Shown: positions 38,469-50,943 of the stretch, one piece after another
Layout of the letters: the number at the start of each line of letters is the position of its first letter
How positions within the stretch are numbered: position 1 is the first letter of the stretch
Position numbers and translations under genes: made by a program
Notes under the pieces: generated by a model
Told to the model about the DNA's origin: nothing
The model's database searches: none
What the model saw: the letters and a program-made list of their open reading frames with translations, nothing else
Virus record (IMG/VR): IMGVR_UViG_2645727757_000001
Coordinates: 32,001 to 96,000 of that record
DNA: 64,000 nucleotides
Strand: one strand, 5' to 3'
Origin: a virus
Lineage: Duplodnaviria > Caudoviricetes

Positions 38469-39701
38469 CTATTTCAAACCTATTCTTTTTAATAAATAAT
38501 CTTTATAGACTAATTTATCATTTTTATTAGAGATATTTGAAAATATCTCTTCCATTTCATTTAATATAATAGTTTGTTGGTTAACTATTAATTTATTTAA
38601 ATATTTAACCTTATCATCTATTACATCAATCATAGCAATAGAGCTATTTACTGAAATATAGTTTCTAACTTTAATAGTGTCAAAGTTTAATTCATTACAT
38701 ATATCAGCAGGATCATCACCACACTTTTCAGCTTTTACAAATTTAACGTTAAAACCTTTTGATAGCAGCATAGGTAATATTCTAAGCATATTTCCTATAC
38801 CAGCTTTATCTCCATCTAAAAAGAAGAAGAGGTTCTTAGTTAATTTAATTAGTAAGTCAGCTTGTTTTTCAGTAAATGCTGTTCCACATATACCAACAGT
38901 ATTAGTTAAACCAGCTTCATGTAATGAAAGAACATCAAAATATCCTTCAACTACGATTGCAGAATCTACTTTCTTTATAGAATCTCTAGCTTGGTTGTAT
39001 CCAAATAAAAGACTTCCTTTATTAAATACACCATATAATTCGCTATTAGAATCACTATGGTTTGCATCATTGATGTATTTAGGTTCTATACCATCTTTAA
39101 TGCCTCTATAAGCCATTCCTAAGCATCTTGATGTATTATCACTACCTATCTCTAAGAATGGGAATGATATTCTTCCTTTTATGCAATTTAGGAATTTTGG
39201 ATTAGTATTCGCAGTAATAGAATTTTTAGGTACATATCCTAATCTAAACTTCTTTATAGTTTCTTCTGATATACCTCTTGAAGTTATATAGTTTAAAGCT
39301 TCCTCATTATTGAGTAACTTTTTCTCATAAAGTAAACAAGTACTATTTTTTTTATTTTTAAAATCCTCATGCTTATGATTAACATTAATCTCAAAATTAA
39401 TATTTTCATTAGCTGCTATCTTCTTACAGGCTTCCTTAAAATCAACTTTTTCATATTTCATTACAAAGTCAATTAAACTTCCACCTTCATTGCAACTATA
39501 GCAATGAAATCTATTTGAATCACTATATAAATTAAATGAACCATTAGTTTCATTTACAAGAGGACAAAGAGCGGTTTCTCTTTTTCCAGCATGATGTAGT
39601 TTTATTTCAGGATAATTTCTTTTAAAATATTCTATTATGCTAACATCTCTTGTTATAACCTCTGCTAATTCCTTATAATTATTAATACACACGTTGATCA
39701 C
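38469..39701 (-). CDS. dnaG: DnaG-type DNA primase
   Basis: Zinc-finger region CPL...FHCYSC, PKYIND, TOPRIM VEGYFD and DGDKAG. Confidence 0.92.
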   Translation of the reverse strand: MINVCINNYKELAEVITRDVSIIEYFKRNYPEIKLHHAGKRETALCPLVNETNGSFNLYSDSNRFHCYSCNEGGSLIDFVMKYEKVDFKEACKKIAANENINFEINVNHKHEDFKNKKNSTCLLYEKKLLNNEEALNYITSRGISEETIKKFRLGYVPKNSITANTNPKFLNCIKGRISFPFLEIGSDNTSRCLGMAYRGIKDGIEPKYINDANHSDSNSELYGVFNKGSLLFGYNQARDSIKKVDSAIVVEGYFDVLSLHEAGLTNTVGICGTAFTEKQADLLIKLTKNLFFFLDGDKAGIGNMLRILPMLLSKGFNVKFVKAEKCGDDPADICNELNFDTIKVRNYISVNSSIAMIDVIDDKVKYLNKLIVNQQTIILNEMEEIFSNISNKNDKLVYKDYLLKRIGLK

Positions 39702-39763
39702 CTCTTCTTCTGTAGTTAATAATAAAAGCCTATAGAATAGCTCTACAGGCTTTTAAATAGCTT

Positions 39764-40174
39764 CTAATTAAGTTTGCTGACTTCTACCCAGTCAGCATAG
39801 ATCCAAACATCGTCAATACATTTATTTGTTATATTTAAATCTTCATCTAAAATTTCCAAATAAGATGCTAACATACTATTCATTTGATTATCGAATAATC
39901 TTGAATCTAATAGATATTCATTCTTTTCCTGATCTTTGTATAATATAATATCTAATATATTTTTATTGTCCGTGATACATCTAATAGAATTTGTATCTCT
40001 TTTATCTGCTAAATTAAAATATTCAGTATTATTTAAATTAAAAGTATTATTTATATTTTCTTGAATATCTTCTTTACTTAATATATTGCTTAGTAAACTC
40101 ATTTTATCATCATCCTTTATAAAATAAATATTTAACTTATTTTGCAATATAGTATTCTGTAGAACACTTATCAC
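39764..40174 (-). CDS. Hypothetical protein
   Basis: 136-aa ORF followed by a hairpin at 39724-39754. Confidence 0.5.
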   Translation of the reverse strand: MISVLQNTILQNKLNIYFIKDDDKMSLLSNILSKEDIQENINNTFNLNNTEYFNLADKRDTNSIRCITDNKNILDIILYKDQEKNEYLLDSRLFDNQMNSMLASYLEILDEDLNITNKCIDDVWIYADWVEVSKLN

Positions 40175-40889
40175 ATTTTACTTTTTCATTGATATTTTTA
40201 ATATCGCCATTGTCATTTGAACATACAGGACAAATATTCTTATTAACTATATCAGAATATTTATCATTCCACTTATCCATAGTATTTGTATTTCCGCAAT
40301 TTATACAATAACCTTCTCTTTCTGGACTTGCTTCATATTTAATATATTCTGATAATATTAATTGAGATAATTCAATAGGACTTATTTTAGAAATATCTTT
40401 GTTATTTTTAAAATTAGCTGTGCTAATAAGCAAATGTAAATTTGGTTCTCTTTCATCATAATCTCTAATAATGAAATTATCTTCCACTTTAACTGAACAC
40501 CATTGTCCGCAATCAGGACAAGCAAATACAACACTTTCCCCGTATTTTGGTGTATCATCCTCTTCTTCTTCTATAACTTTACTATTAGAAGAATCATATC
40601 TAGCTAATATTTCATCATCAGAAGTTTTAGGAATACCATCATTACTATCTGTAACACAAATCTCTTCTGTATCAGATTTAGTTGGTATAATTTCATAAGG
40701 TAGATTTTTAGCTTTTTTATCATCTTTAGTAATTATATTGTCTTCTGCTTTACTTATTATTTTATTAGCAAAAGATATTAGTTTATCAACTGAATTATCG
40801 TTGCAGCTGATTTCTACATCTATATTACCTAATTTTTTATTTAAACTAATCTTTAGATAATTATTCATATCTGACTTTGCTTTCTCCAT
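40137..40889 (-). CDS. Zinc-ribbon protein
   Basis: CPDC, CINC, CPVC and CDKC pairs. Confidence 0.6.
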   Translation of the reverse strand: MEKAKSDMNNYLKISLNKKLGNIDVEISCNDNSVDKLISFANKIISKAEDNIITKDDKKAKNLPYEIIPTKSDTEEICVTDSNDGIPKTSDDEILARYDSSNSKVIEEEEDDTPKYGESVVFACPDCGQWCSVKVEDNFIIRDYDEREPNLHLLISTANFKNNKDISKISPIELSQLILSEYIKYEASPEREGYCINCGNTNTMDKWNDKYSDIVNKNICPVCSNDNGDIKNINEKVKCDKCSTEYYIAK

Positions 40890-41508
40890 CTACATCACCC
40901 TTTTCAATTATTATGCTGTTATCTGCAACAGCTTTTAAACTCTCTGAATGAGTTATTAGTATTGTTTGCTTATTAAACAATGAACATAATTTTTGAATAA
41001 ATTCAGCATATTTAACACTTGCATATTCTGAAATCATTGATCCAGGTTCATCAAGTAAAATCGCATTATTTATACGAGGATGATTGAAAGCTTTAAGATA
41101 TGCAAACCTAAGAGCTGTAGATATTACATTAATATATCCACCACCACAATCTTCCTCTGGAATCTGTTTAGATTCTATTCCGTCAATTGTAGTTACAACA
41201 TAAAATTCAGCAGATGGAACACCTCTTTGGTTATCAAGTTCAATAACAAATTTGCTATCATTACCGTAAACTTGATTTAAAGCCATTGTAACAATATTCT
41301 CTAAATGACATTTAGCTTTTTCTCTAGCTAGTGAAGATGCTTTATTTAATAATTCTTGTGTTTTTAATAACACTTGATAATTATTAGATATTTCATCATA
41401 TTTTAAAGAATATGACTTCATAGTTTCATAGATTTTCTTTTCACTAGATTCTTTTACTAGAATCTCATTTCTAAGTTCATCTATTATATTGTCTAGCATA
41501 TCACTCAC
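40861..41508 (-). CDS. sbcC: SbcC/Rad50 C-terminal half (ABC signature, Walker B)
   Basis: CGGG signature, ILLDEPG and LITH. Confidence 0.85.
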   Translation of the reverse strand: MSDMLDNIIDELRNEILVKESSEKKIYETMKSYSLKYDEISNNYQVLLKTQELLNKASSLAREKAKCHLENIVTMALNQVYGNDSKFVIELDNQRGVPSAEFYVVTTIDGIESKQIPEEDCGGGYINVISTALRFAYLKAFNHPRINNAILLDEPGSMISEYASVKYAEFIQKLCSLFNKQTILITHSESLKAVADNSIIIEKGDVDGESKVRYE

Positions 41509-41510
41509 TC

Positions 41511-41774
41511 CTAGTCATTTTTATTTGAAAGTATTGTATCTATTTGCTCCATAAGAACATTAAGGTTATTTTCCAAGTCTAATATAGTATTATTTAGCTC
41601 ACTTGGTTCAAAACCTTCTGCTTTTATTTCATTAATTAATTCATCACGCCTGGTTTGTAAGCTTTTTATATTTGTTTCTATAACAAGCTTTTTCTTTTCA
41701 AGATCACTATAAGCTTCCTCATAATTTTTAAGCTTATCTTTATATTCTTTTAATTTTGTTACATTGTTTTCCAT
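41511..41774 (-). CDS. Small coiled-coil protein of the SbcCD locus
   Basis: 87 aa, heptad-rich. Confidence 0.65.
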   Translation of the reverse strand: MENNVTKLKEYKDKLKNYEEAYSDLEKKKLVIETNIKSLQTRRDELINEIKAEGFEPSELNNTILDLENNLNVLMEQIDTILSNKND

Positions 41775-44113
41775 CAGTTTACCTCCGCATCATCTAAAAT
41801 TAATTTAGCATCTATAACTTGATTACATACAGGACATACATTTATTTTAGAAATGTATTCTTTAAATTCTTTCTTTAATGAATCTATTAATACTTTTCCT
41901 TTTGAAATCCTAGTTTCAAGCTCATTTTTAGATTTATCTTCTATTTCTATACTTTTACTATTTTCTTCAACTAAATTAGTGTATTTATATAAGGTATTCA
42001 GCATATCTATTCCGTTATTAATCTTTAATATAAAATCTTTAAGCTTATCTATATCATCTTGATTAATAGCTTTAGACTTTAATGATTTAATATTATTAAT
42101 AACCTTATCTAAATCATCTTTTAAATTATTTATATTTTCATATGAATTTAAAGTTTCCTTATATTCATTAACTAACATCTTGTTATCAAGAATATTAGTT
42201 ATATCAAATAATTTATCATTATCTAATTTAATTAAATTAACTATATGCCTAGCTTCCTTTAACATAGAATAATATTTATCTATTCTAATATATTCTTCAA
42301 GACAGCTTGAATATTCTTTTATTTTTATATTCAATGAATCCATATAGTCAAGATTAGCAAGTTTAGAATTTAAATCTGAAATTTCATTTTCTATAGCATC
42401 ATATTTATGCTTTAGATTTTTAGCTAAAGTTAATAAAGTTTCTATATTATTTTTTTCTTTAGAAAACATCTCTAATGTTTTTAGTAAATTCTTCTTTTCC
42501 TCTAGGTCTTCAAACTCTTTTAACTTTTCATTCTCTTTATTTATAAGATCAACGTAAAAGTTCATTTCTTTTGATGCATTTAAAGCATCTTTGCTACATT
42601 GTTTTATAGCTATATCCATAGTTTGTGCACCTATAAGCCTACCTAATGCACTTGCTTTAACTGAAACAGGTTCAGTTATAAGAAAATGTGGATGTAGCTG
42701 ATCTGCTACATTTATTTTATATTTTCTATCTTTAGCTAAAGTTACATTAAGCATTTGATGGGTATTTATAACCTCAATAGGAATTTCAGAACCAAATCCT
42801 TTGAATACTTCTACGTTACCATTAGTATCAGTTACCTCATAAGTTCCAGAAGAGGTTCTTGTCCTACTTCTTTTTATGCTGCTACCATCACTAAAAGTTA
42901 CTTTTACTTCACAGGAATTTTGATTTGTTCTAATGAAATTAGAACCTTTAGGCTCATTAAATAAACACCATACAAGTGCTCTTAAAGAGGAAGTTTTTCC
43001 ATTTCCAGATTCACCTACAATAGCGTTTAATCCTTCTGTATATTTAATTACTTCATGTTTATATGATTGGAAGTTTTTAATTTCAAGTTCTGTTATTCTA
43101 AGCTCATAAGGTTTCTCTACAAAGCCTTTTAAAACATCATTTTCTTCATCTGACATTTCTTCGGCTCTTGTTATTAACTCTATGGCTTTGTTCTCTACAT
43201 CTTTTTCTACTTGATTTTTTGAAGTTATTTCTTTAACTATATCAATAGATGAAGAGTGACTTTGTATATTAGATAAGTCTTCAATACTTTTTTGGAATTC
43301 ATTAATTAAGGAAATTTTATCATTTTTATTGATAATCTTTTTAAGATCGAATACTTCTTCTCTTTTTCTTGCTGTTTTTAAATAGATATACTCATGTTTT
43401 TCTTCTATCTTTCCATTAACATTATTAAAGTCTAGTAATAATACTTTTGGCATATCTTCTCTTGATGATTCAACTCTTATAGTACTACCTGGATTAATAA
43501 AAGTAGTATTATCTATAATTGTTTCTTTCCAACCATCGTGATAATGTCCCGCAAGTATAAGATCAGCATCAGTTTTTACATCTTTGATTAATGTATGAGG
43601 TATTCCAGGATAAAATGGTCTATCAAGCAACATACTATGTGTTGCTAAGATATTATAATCTCCTTTATAGCTCATAGCGTAATCATCAAATCTGCAAGTA
43701 TCAATATCTTTATAATAATGTTGACCTTCTATAATAAGCTTTAATCCGTCAATGTCATATTCTTTATATTTACCTCTATATAATAATTCAACTACTTTAG
43801 TTTTATTTAGTAATCCTAAAGTAGTTTGGTCTATAGTTGATATATTATATCCATATAAGTCGTGATTTCCTACTACAACAATAACGGGAACTCCCCAAGA
43901 CTTTATTATTTCGGCAATTTTTCCTGTATATCGTAAACTTACCTTTGGGCTATGAAACATATCTCCCCCGTGCAGAACTAAATCTACATTGTTTTTCTTA
44001 ATGATTTCACCTATTTCATTTAATTTGTCATAGGTTACAGTTTCATATACATCAAGTCTACTTGCAGGATTTTTAGCTGTTAAATGAGTATCTGTTATAT
44101 ATAGTATTCTCAT
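41774..44113 (-). CDS. sbcD: SbcD (Mre11) nuclease fused to SbcC (Rad50) N-terminal half
   Basis: DTH, GGDMFH, GNHD, GHYH and NPGS phosphoesterase motifs, then IKNFQS, Walker A GESGNGKT, a coiled coil and a terminal CPVC hook. Confidence 0.88.
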   Translation of the reverse strand: MRILYITDTHLTAKNPASRLDVYETVTYDKLNEIGEIIKKNNVDLVLHGGDMFHSPKVSLRYTGKIAEIIKSWGVPVIVVVGNHDLYGYNISTIDQTTLGLLNKTKVVELLYRGKYKEYDIDGLKLIIEGQHYYKDIDTCRFDDYAMSYKGDYNILATHSMLLDRPFYPGIPHTLIKDVKTDADLILAGHYHDGWKETIIDNTTFINPGSTIRVESSREDMPKVLLLDFNNVNGKIEEKHEYIYLKTARKREEVFDLKKIINKNDKISLINEFQKSIEDLSNIQSHSSSIDIVKEITSKNQVEKDVENKAIELITRAEEMSDEENDVLKGFVEKPYELRITELEIKNFQSYKHEVIKYTEGLNAIVGESGNGKTSSLRALVWCLFNEPKGSNFIRTNQNSCEVKVTFSDGSSIKRSRTRTSSGTYEVTDTNGNVEVFKGFGSEIPIEVINTHQMLNVTLAKDRKYKINVADQLHPHFLITEPVSVKASALGRLIGAQTMDIAIKQCSKDALNASKEMNFYVDLINKENEKLKEFEDLEEKKNLLKTLEMFSKEKNNIETLLTLAKNLKHKYDAIENEISDLNSKLANLDYMDSLNIKIKEYSSCLEEYIRIDKYYSMLKEARHIVNLIKLDNDKLFDITNILDNKMLVNEYKETLNSYENINNLKDDLDKVINNIKSLKSKAINQDDIDKLKDFILKINNGIDMLNTLYKYTNLVEENSKSIEIEDKSKNELETRISKGKVLIDSLKKEFKEYISKINVCPVCNQVIDAKLILDDAEVN

Positions 44114-44154
44114 TTTTTTTGCCTCCTGTATAATATTTTTATATCTTTTGTTTT

Positions 44155-44886
44155 TTAATATTTCTTATAATTTTTACATCCGCAACTTGGACATTCTATT
44201 TCTTCGTCATCACTTAATTCATCATCTTTGAAAATATAATCACAATCATCACATACATATGCTATAACTTCATCACCAAGTGCTCTAAGATAATCTATTT
44301 CATTTTCATATTCTTCAAGAACCGTTGTTATTTCATCACTACCTTCGTGATATTGTATTTTTCCAATGTCATATATTCCACAACCAGATTCCTCTGCTGA
44401 AAACTCGCAATCAACTTTATACTTTTTACATATAAGGTCTAAAATAGGTTTTGGATAAGTCCAAGGACTTTCAAAATTTACAAACGCTTCCGTATCGAAA
44501 TATTCTTTATAAAATGCAGAAGAATTCTTATCTACATCCCATTTTACACCGTAGTTGTCTATCCTCCATTCATACCAGTTAATAACTGTATAACCTTTAG
44601 GTTTTATAGAACAACCATGAATATGTCTTTCAGTACCTTGGCATATATATGGCTTAATATCATCAGTTATATCTTCATCTTTTATTACGGATATTTCATT
44701 TACTTCATTGTGTTCAATTAGATTACCTTCATCATCGAATGTTAAAAATTCAAATGGTTCTGGTATTAATTTTGTATATGAAAAATCATTTTCGTTTAGT
44801 AATTCTTCTTTTAGTTTTTTTATCCTGCTGTTTATATTTGATTTAAAAGTAGCGCATACGAAGCACCAATTTGGCATATTAATCAC
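44155..44886 (-). CDS. DUF1281/YubB-like ferredoxin-fold protein with zinc ribbon
   Basis: MPNWC, WYEWRIDNYGVKWD, FESPW, C-terminal CDDC...CPSC. Confidence 0.7.
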   Translation of the reverse strand: MINMPNWCFVCATFKSNINSRIKKLKEELLNENDFSYTKLIPEPFEFLTFDDEGNLIEHNEVNEISVIKDEDITDDIKPYICQGTERHIHGCSIKPKGYTVINWYEWRIDNYGVKWDVDKNSSAFYKEYFDTEAFVNFESPWTYPKPILDLICKKYKVDCEFSAEESGCGIYDIGKIQYHEGSDEITTVLEEYENEIDYLRALGDEVIAYVCDDCDYIFKDDELSDDEEIECPSCGCKNYKKY

Positions 44887-44904
44887 TTTCCCTTCTTTTG
44901 TGTA

Positions 44905-45402
44905 TTATTTATTTCCAGAACTTCCGAAGCCATTATCACCTCTTGAAGTTTTTTCAAGACTATTTACTTTTTTAAAATCTACATCGTGATAATCAATAAT
45001 AATCATTTGGGCTATTCTAGTACCTTTTTTAATTTTTCTAGGAAATAGACCAATTCTTGTCATTATTGCACTTATTACACCTGTATAATTGCAATCAATT
45101 ATTCCAGGAACAACGAAATTTCCTTTAAGACTTTCACCACTTCTGCTAGTAACAATACCAAATTTCCCTTTTGGTAAAGAACATCTAAAATTCAAAGGAA
45201 CCTTTTTAGTTCTAAAAGGAAAAATCCAAGTATCTTCTACAGCATACAAATCATAACCAGCATCACCTTTTTCGTGTTTGTAAGCTGGAACATCGTCTAT
45301 AACCTTCATAAAATCAGCTTTAACGATTTCCTTATTAGTTATTGTATGCTCCATATCTTCAAATGGATTTGTTTTTAAATTTTCTAACAAATTTACTACC
45401 AC
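44905..45402 (-). CDS. dut: Trimeric dUTPase
   Basis: AGYDL, SRSG, GIIDCNYTG, RIAQ, RGDNGFGSSG. Confidence 0.93.
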   Translation of the reverse strand: MVVNLLENLKTNPFEDMEHTITNKEIVKADFMKVIDDVPAYKHEKGDAGYDLYAVEDTWIFPFRTKKVPLNFRCSLPKGKFGIVTSRSGESLKGNFVVPGIIDCNYTGVISAIMTRIGLFPRKIKKGTRIAQMIIIDYHDVDFKKVNSLEKTSRGDNGFGSSGNK

Positions 45403-45504
45403 CTTCCAATTAATATAATAAAATTATACTAATTAATTATAGCAAATTCTAGTAATAATGTTAAAATAAGTCAGAATAATGGATAACTATTCTGACTTAT
45501 ATTT

Positions 45505-46326
45505 TTACATAGCAGTAAGATATTTAATTAATTTAAATCCATCAGTAAGCGTTACGTCTTCTAGATTATTTACATGGAATTCATTGTTTAATATAGACGT
45601 AAAATCTTCATTGGAAATATTCTTTGCATTTAATAGTTCTTTGATTTTCATTACTTGTGAACTATTAACATTCAAAGTCATTCTTCCTTTGTTATTACTA
45701 AGAGAATTTAATGTAGGATTAACACCTTGATTATTATTTCTCTTTTCTTCATTTTGTTTATTATTTACGTTACTTTTATTTTGATTATTATTGTTTCTAC
45801 TATTATTATTATTTTTAATATTTCTATTGTCATTATTATGATTAAAACTATCATCTTCCTCATATAGTTCTTCTATTGAAACTAAGCCTGTATTAGTATA
45901 AAGCTTTAATGCTCTTGATATAGCTCTAGTTTCTGCCATTCGGATGAAATGAGGTGCTACCATCTTGTTTGTATTTGATTGGTTTGCATCTCCTATGCTT
46001 GTGTAAAGTACTTCAATCAATTCATCAGTTTTTGGATCAATGTCATATCCAACTAATGTTGCTTTCATAATACATACACCTGCATTTTCTTTGCTAGGAT
46101 ATTGTAATATTTCAGTTGTTAAAGACTTTATGCCTTTTATATTAGCTAATATCCTCAATCCTTCGCTTGTGATAGCTTCACTTGCTTTTCCAGAATCTTT
46201 TCTTCCAAATGAAACAATGTATTTATCCCTAAAATCCTTAGAGTTAAATACATTCTTAACCTTTTCGTCTATTAGTTGTTTATTAGTCTTTTCTTCTTCT
46301 TTACCGTTTACTTTTTTATCTTCCAT
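45505..46326 (-). CDS. Putative single-strand annealing protein (Rad52/Erf-like fold)
   Basis: GLRILA, GDAN and RMAETRAISRAL motifs, an Asn-rich linker and a small C-terminal helical domain; located in the recombination cluster. Confidence 0.5.
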   Translation of the reverse strand: MEDKKVNGKEEEKTNKQLIDEKVKNVFNSKDFRDKYIVSFGRKDSGKASEAITSEGLRILANIKGIKSLTTEILQYPSKENAGVCIMKATLVGYDIDPKTDELIEVLYTSIGDANQSNTNKMVAPHFIRMAETRAISRALKLYTNTGLVSIEELYEEDDSFNHNNDNRNIKNNNNSRNNNNQNKSNVNNKQNEEKRNNNQGVNPTLNSLSNNKGRMTLNVNSSQVMKIKELLNAKNISNEDFTSILNNEFHVNNLEDVTLTDGFKLIKYLTAM

Positions 46327-46338
46327 TGAAAATCCTCC

Positions 46339-46638
46339 TTAAAAAATTATTTCAATTTTGTTGTTCTCAAAATCGAATATATCTTTTTTTGCTAATATAT
46401 ATCCAATTCTTTCAGCGTAGCTACACCCTCTAACTAAGAAATAATTTTCACCCTCATAAATGATGGTATAAAAGAATAACTCTTCAATATCATCACCATC
46501 ATATAATTCGTCTAAATATTCTGTCAATTTGTAATAATTATCCCAGATAACGTCATATATAGAAAAGTTTCTAGGAATATTTTTATCGGGAAAAACTATA
46601 TCTTTTTTGTGTTTTTTCAGTTCTTGAAGTAGTTCCAA
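46339..46638 (-). CDS. Hypothetical protein
   Basis: 99 aa, GAGGA RBS. Confidence 0.55.
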   Translation of the reverse strand: MELLQELKKHKKDIVFPDKNIPRNFSIYDVIWDNYYKLTEYLDELYDGDDIEELFFYTIIYEGENYFLVRGCSYAERIGYILAKKDIFDFENNKIEIIF

Positions 46639-46686
46639 TGTGAATATCCTCCTATACTTATATTAACCTTAAAAAGAACATAGAAA

Positions 46687-48546
46687 TTAGTCTGAATAAG
46701 CTAAATATTTAGAAGGAATCTCGCTTATGAACTCTGTCGCTTTTAAAGTGTCGGTCATATGCTTAGTTTTCTTCAAAATAGAGTAGGATATATAGACTTT
46801 TTTCTTTGCTCTTGATAATGCAACATAGAATAATCTTCTATTCTCATCCGTCTTACTTTCATTACTGTATTTACAAAATGTTTTGTTGTCAGCTCCTATT
46901 AAAAATACATTAGTATATTCAAGACCTTTAGAAGAATGAACTGTAGATAATGTAACGCAATCTATTTTTCTTCTAGTAGGTTGAGGTAAATTTACAGTAA
47001 CATAGTCTATAAATTCATTTATACTTGCATTGTTTTCTGTACAATGAGTATCACATAAATGAATTAAATCCTTGATGTTTTCTAATTCCTTAGTAGACCA
47101 GTTACATTTATAAACTCTCTCTTTTAAATAATCTGCAACATTTTTAATATAGATGTAGGGTTTAACTTTGTTATATATATTAACAAGTTCAATGAACTTA
47201 TTAACTTCATTAATAAAACCAGTTTCAACTCTGCAAGTTTTTAAAGCTGTAAGATAATCAATTTGTTCTAATCTTGCTTTAGCTACAGCAGAATCAATAA
47301 CTGTATCATTTGTACCTGGTATAAGTTCAGCTACATTTTTAAAATACCTTTTATCTTGCCTGTTAACAGCAAATTTAATGATAGTAAGAATATTTTTTAT
47401 TTCCATATAAGAATAGAAAATATTATCTCCTTTTACATTATAAGGTATTTTATTCTTTCTGAATACTGTTTTAATAACTTCACATTGCTTATTATTTCTA
47501 TATAAAACGCAAAAATCACTATACTTAGCATCACTATTTTCTTTTGCTTTTTCTATCATAGCCTTAACAAAATAAGCTTCATCAGTTGAATTTTTGCACT
47601 TTTTAACTATAATAGGATAACCATATTCATTTTCAGTAACGGAATTTTTTATAAATCCCTTTGAACTATGATTTATTAAAGCATCACAAGCCTTAACTAT
47701 AATTTTTGTTGATCTATAGTTTTGATTTAGTTCTAAAATTTGAGTATTTTTAAAATTCTTTTGGAACTCTATCATATATTCTGGGCTTGTGCCTCTAAAG
47801 CCATAAATTGCTTGTGCTTCGTCACCTACTAGGAATAGGTTATTTCCTTCGTATATTAGTTGTAGGAACTTAAATTGAGCGTAATTACAGTCTTGTACTT
47901 CATCACACATAATATATTTAAATTTATTTCTACAGTAATCCAAAGCTCTTTTACTGGTTCTTAGTAAAGTAACTGTATACATAATTATGTCATCATAATC
48001 AACCAAAGAATCTTTTATTAGTAATCTTTGATAACGTTCATATACAGTTGCAAACTGATGTTCTTCATCACAAGTGAACCTCTTCATTAAATGTGTACTG
48101 CTTTTTAAATTTCCTTTCAATATACTTATTTCAGATTTATAATCTTTAAAAGTATGAGAATCACATATAGCTCCTTCATTAGCTAAAGCTTTTCTTAGCA
48201 TATCTCCGCTTTCAGTAGAGCTTAAAACAGAAAGCTTTTTAAAATATAAGTCTTTCTTGAATTTCTTTAGTAAATTAAGACATACACTATGAAAAGTCCC
48301 AATAGTTATTTTGTCATAGTCTTTAACCTTATCTTTAATTTTCTTTTTAAGTTCATTAGCTGCTTTAACAGTAAATGTAATTATCATTATATTTTCCTCA
48401 TTTACTTTAAGTTCATTAACTATATATTTAGTTCTTTCAGCTAATGTTGAACTTTTTCCACTACCTGGACCTGCAAGTAATAATGTATTTTTATCTATAC
48501 TTTTAGTAACAGCATTTAATTGTTTTTCATTTAATTTCATTGTCAT
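46687..48546 (-). CDS. uvrD: UvrD/PcrA-family SF1 helicase
   Basis: AGPGSGKS, TFT.KAA, GTFHS, DEVQD, GDEAQAIYGFRG, NYRS, HSSKGLEY, LFYVALSRAK. Confidence 0.93.
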   Translation of the reverse strand: MTMKLNEKQLNAVTKSIDKNTLLLAGPGSGKSSTLAERTKYIVNELKVNEENIMIITFTVKAANELKKKIKDKVKDYDKITIGTFHSVCLNLLKKFKKDLYFKKLSVLSSTESGDMLRKALANEGAICDSHTFKDYKSEISILKGNLKSSTHLMKRFTCDEEHQFATVYERYQRLLIKDSLVDYDDIIMYTVTLLRTSKRALDYCRNKFKYIMCDEVQDCNYAQFKFLQLIYEGNNLFLVGDEAQAIYGFRGTSPEYMIEFQKNFKNTQILELNQNYRSTKIIVKACDALINHSSKGFIKNSVTENEYGYPIIVKKCKNSTDEAYFVKAMIEKAKENSDAKYSDFCVLYRNNKQCEVIKTVFRKNKIPYNVKGDNIFYSYMEIKNILTIIKFAVNRQDKRYFKNVAELIPGTNDTVIDSAVAKARLEQIDYLTALKTCRVETGFINEVNKFIELVNIYNKVKPYIYIKNVADYLKERVYKCNWSTKELENIKDLIHLCDTHCTENNASINEFIDYVTVNLPQPTRRKIDCVTLSTVHSSKGLEYTNVFLIGADNKTFCKYSNESKTDENRRLFYVALSRAKKKVYISYSILKKTKHMTDTLKATEFISEIPSKYLAYSD

Positions 48547-48561
48547 TACACCTCACACAAA

Positions 48562-48588
48562 AAAGCCTAGTCATTAAGACTAGGCTTT
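48562..48588 (-). terminator. Intrinsic terminator after groEL
   Basis: AAAGCCTAGTC-attaa-GACTAGGCTTT with an A-run on +. Confidence 0.75.
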
Positions 48589-48592
48589 ATTA

Positions 48593-50191
<1,599 letters not shown>

Positions 50192-50258
50192 TCAAATACA
50201 CCTCAATCTTTAAACTTTTGAATTATAATTTATTATCTTATGTTTTATGTTTAAAGTA

Positions 50259-50943
50259 TTATTTCAGTTCCTTGAATTCTTTTTCGAGTTCTTTTTCTTC
50301 TTTCATTATTTGCTCTATTTCATCATTAGATAGTGATTTTGTCTTAATATCACCTAATAATGATTCAAGCAAACCATTTATATATTCTTTAACAGCGTTA
50401 TTATTTTTAAAACTTTCTGTAAGATTATTTTTTCCTTGCCAAACACATTCAAATCCATCTAATATTAATGTATTTCCTTCTTCGTCTAATAATCTAAACC
50501 AAGCACCCTTTTTAGATATAAGATTTTCTCTTTCTAAGATATTAATTACTTCTAATTCTCTATCTATTCCTTCATTATATCTTGCAAAGTAATCACAAGT
50601 TGTAAATGGATTTCCTTTTGCAAATCTGTTTTTAATAGTTTTGCAATGTATTTTTACACCTTCTTCTAACGTTATTGGATCATTAGAGTCCTGTTTAATT
50701 CTTCTCATATGGATTCTTTGAGAAGCATAAAAGCCTAATGCTCTTCCCCCTGTTGTAGTTTCTGGATTTCCAAACATAACTCCAACTTTTTCTCTTATCT
50801 GATTTATGAATAATAATGTGCAATTATTTTTAGATGCAGAACCAGTTATTACTCTAAATAATCTTGATAAAAGTCTTGCAATTAATCCAACATTTTGTTT
50901 ATCCATTTCATCTGACATTTCTTTTGAAGGACATAAACCTGCA
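50259..50943 (-). CDS. recA: RecA, exon 2
   Basis: AGLCPSKE...ARLLS, FINQIREKVGVMFGNPETTTGGRALGFYAS. Joins exon 1 to give NSIAGLCP (381-aa spliced product). Confidence 0.93.
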
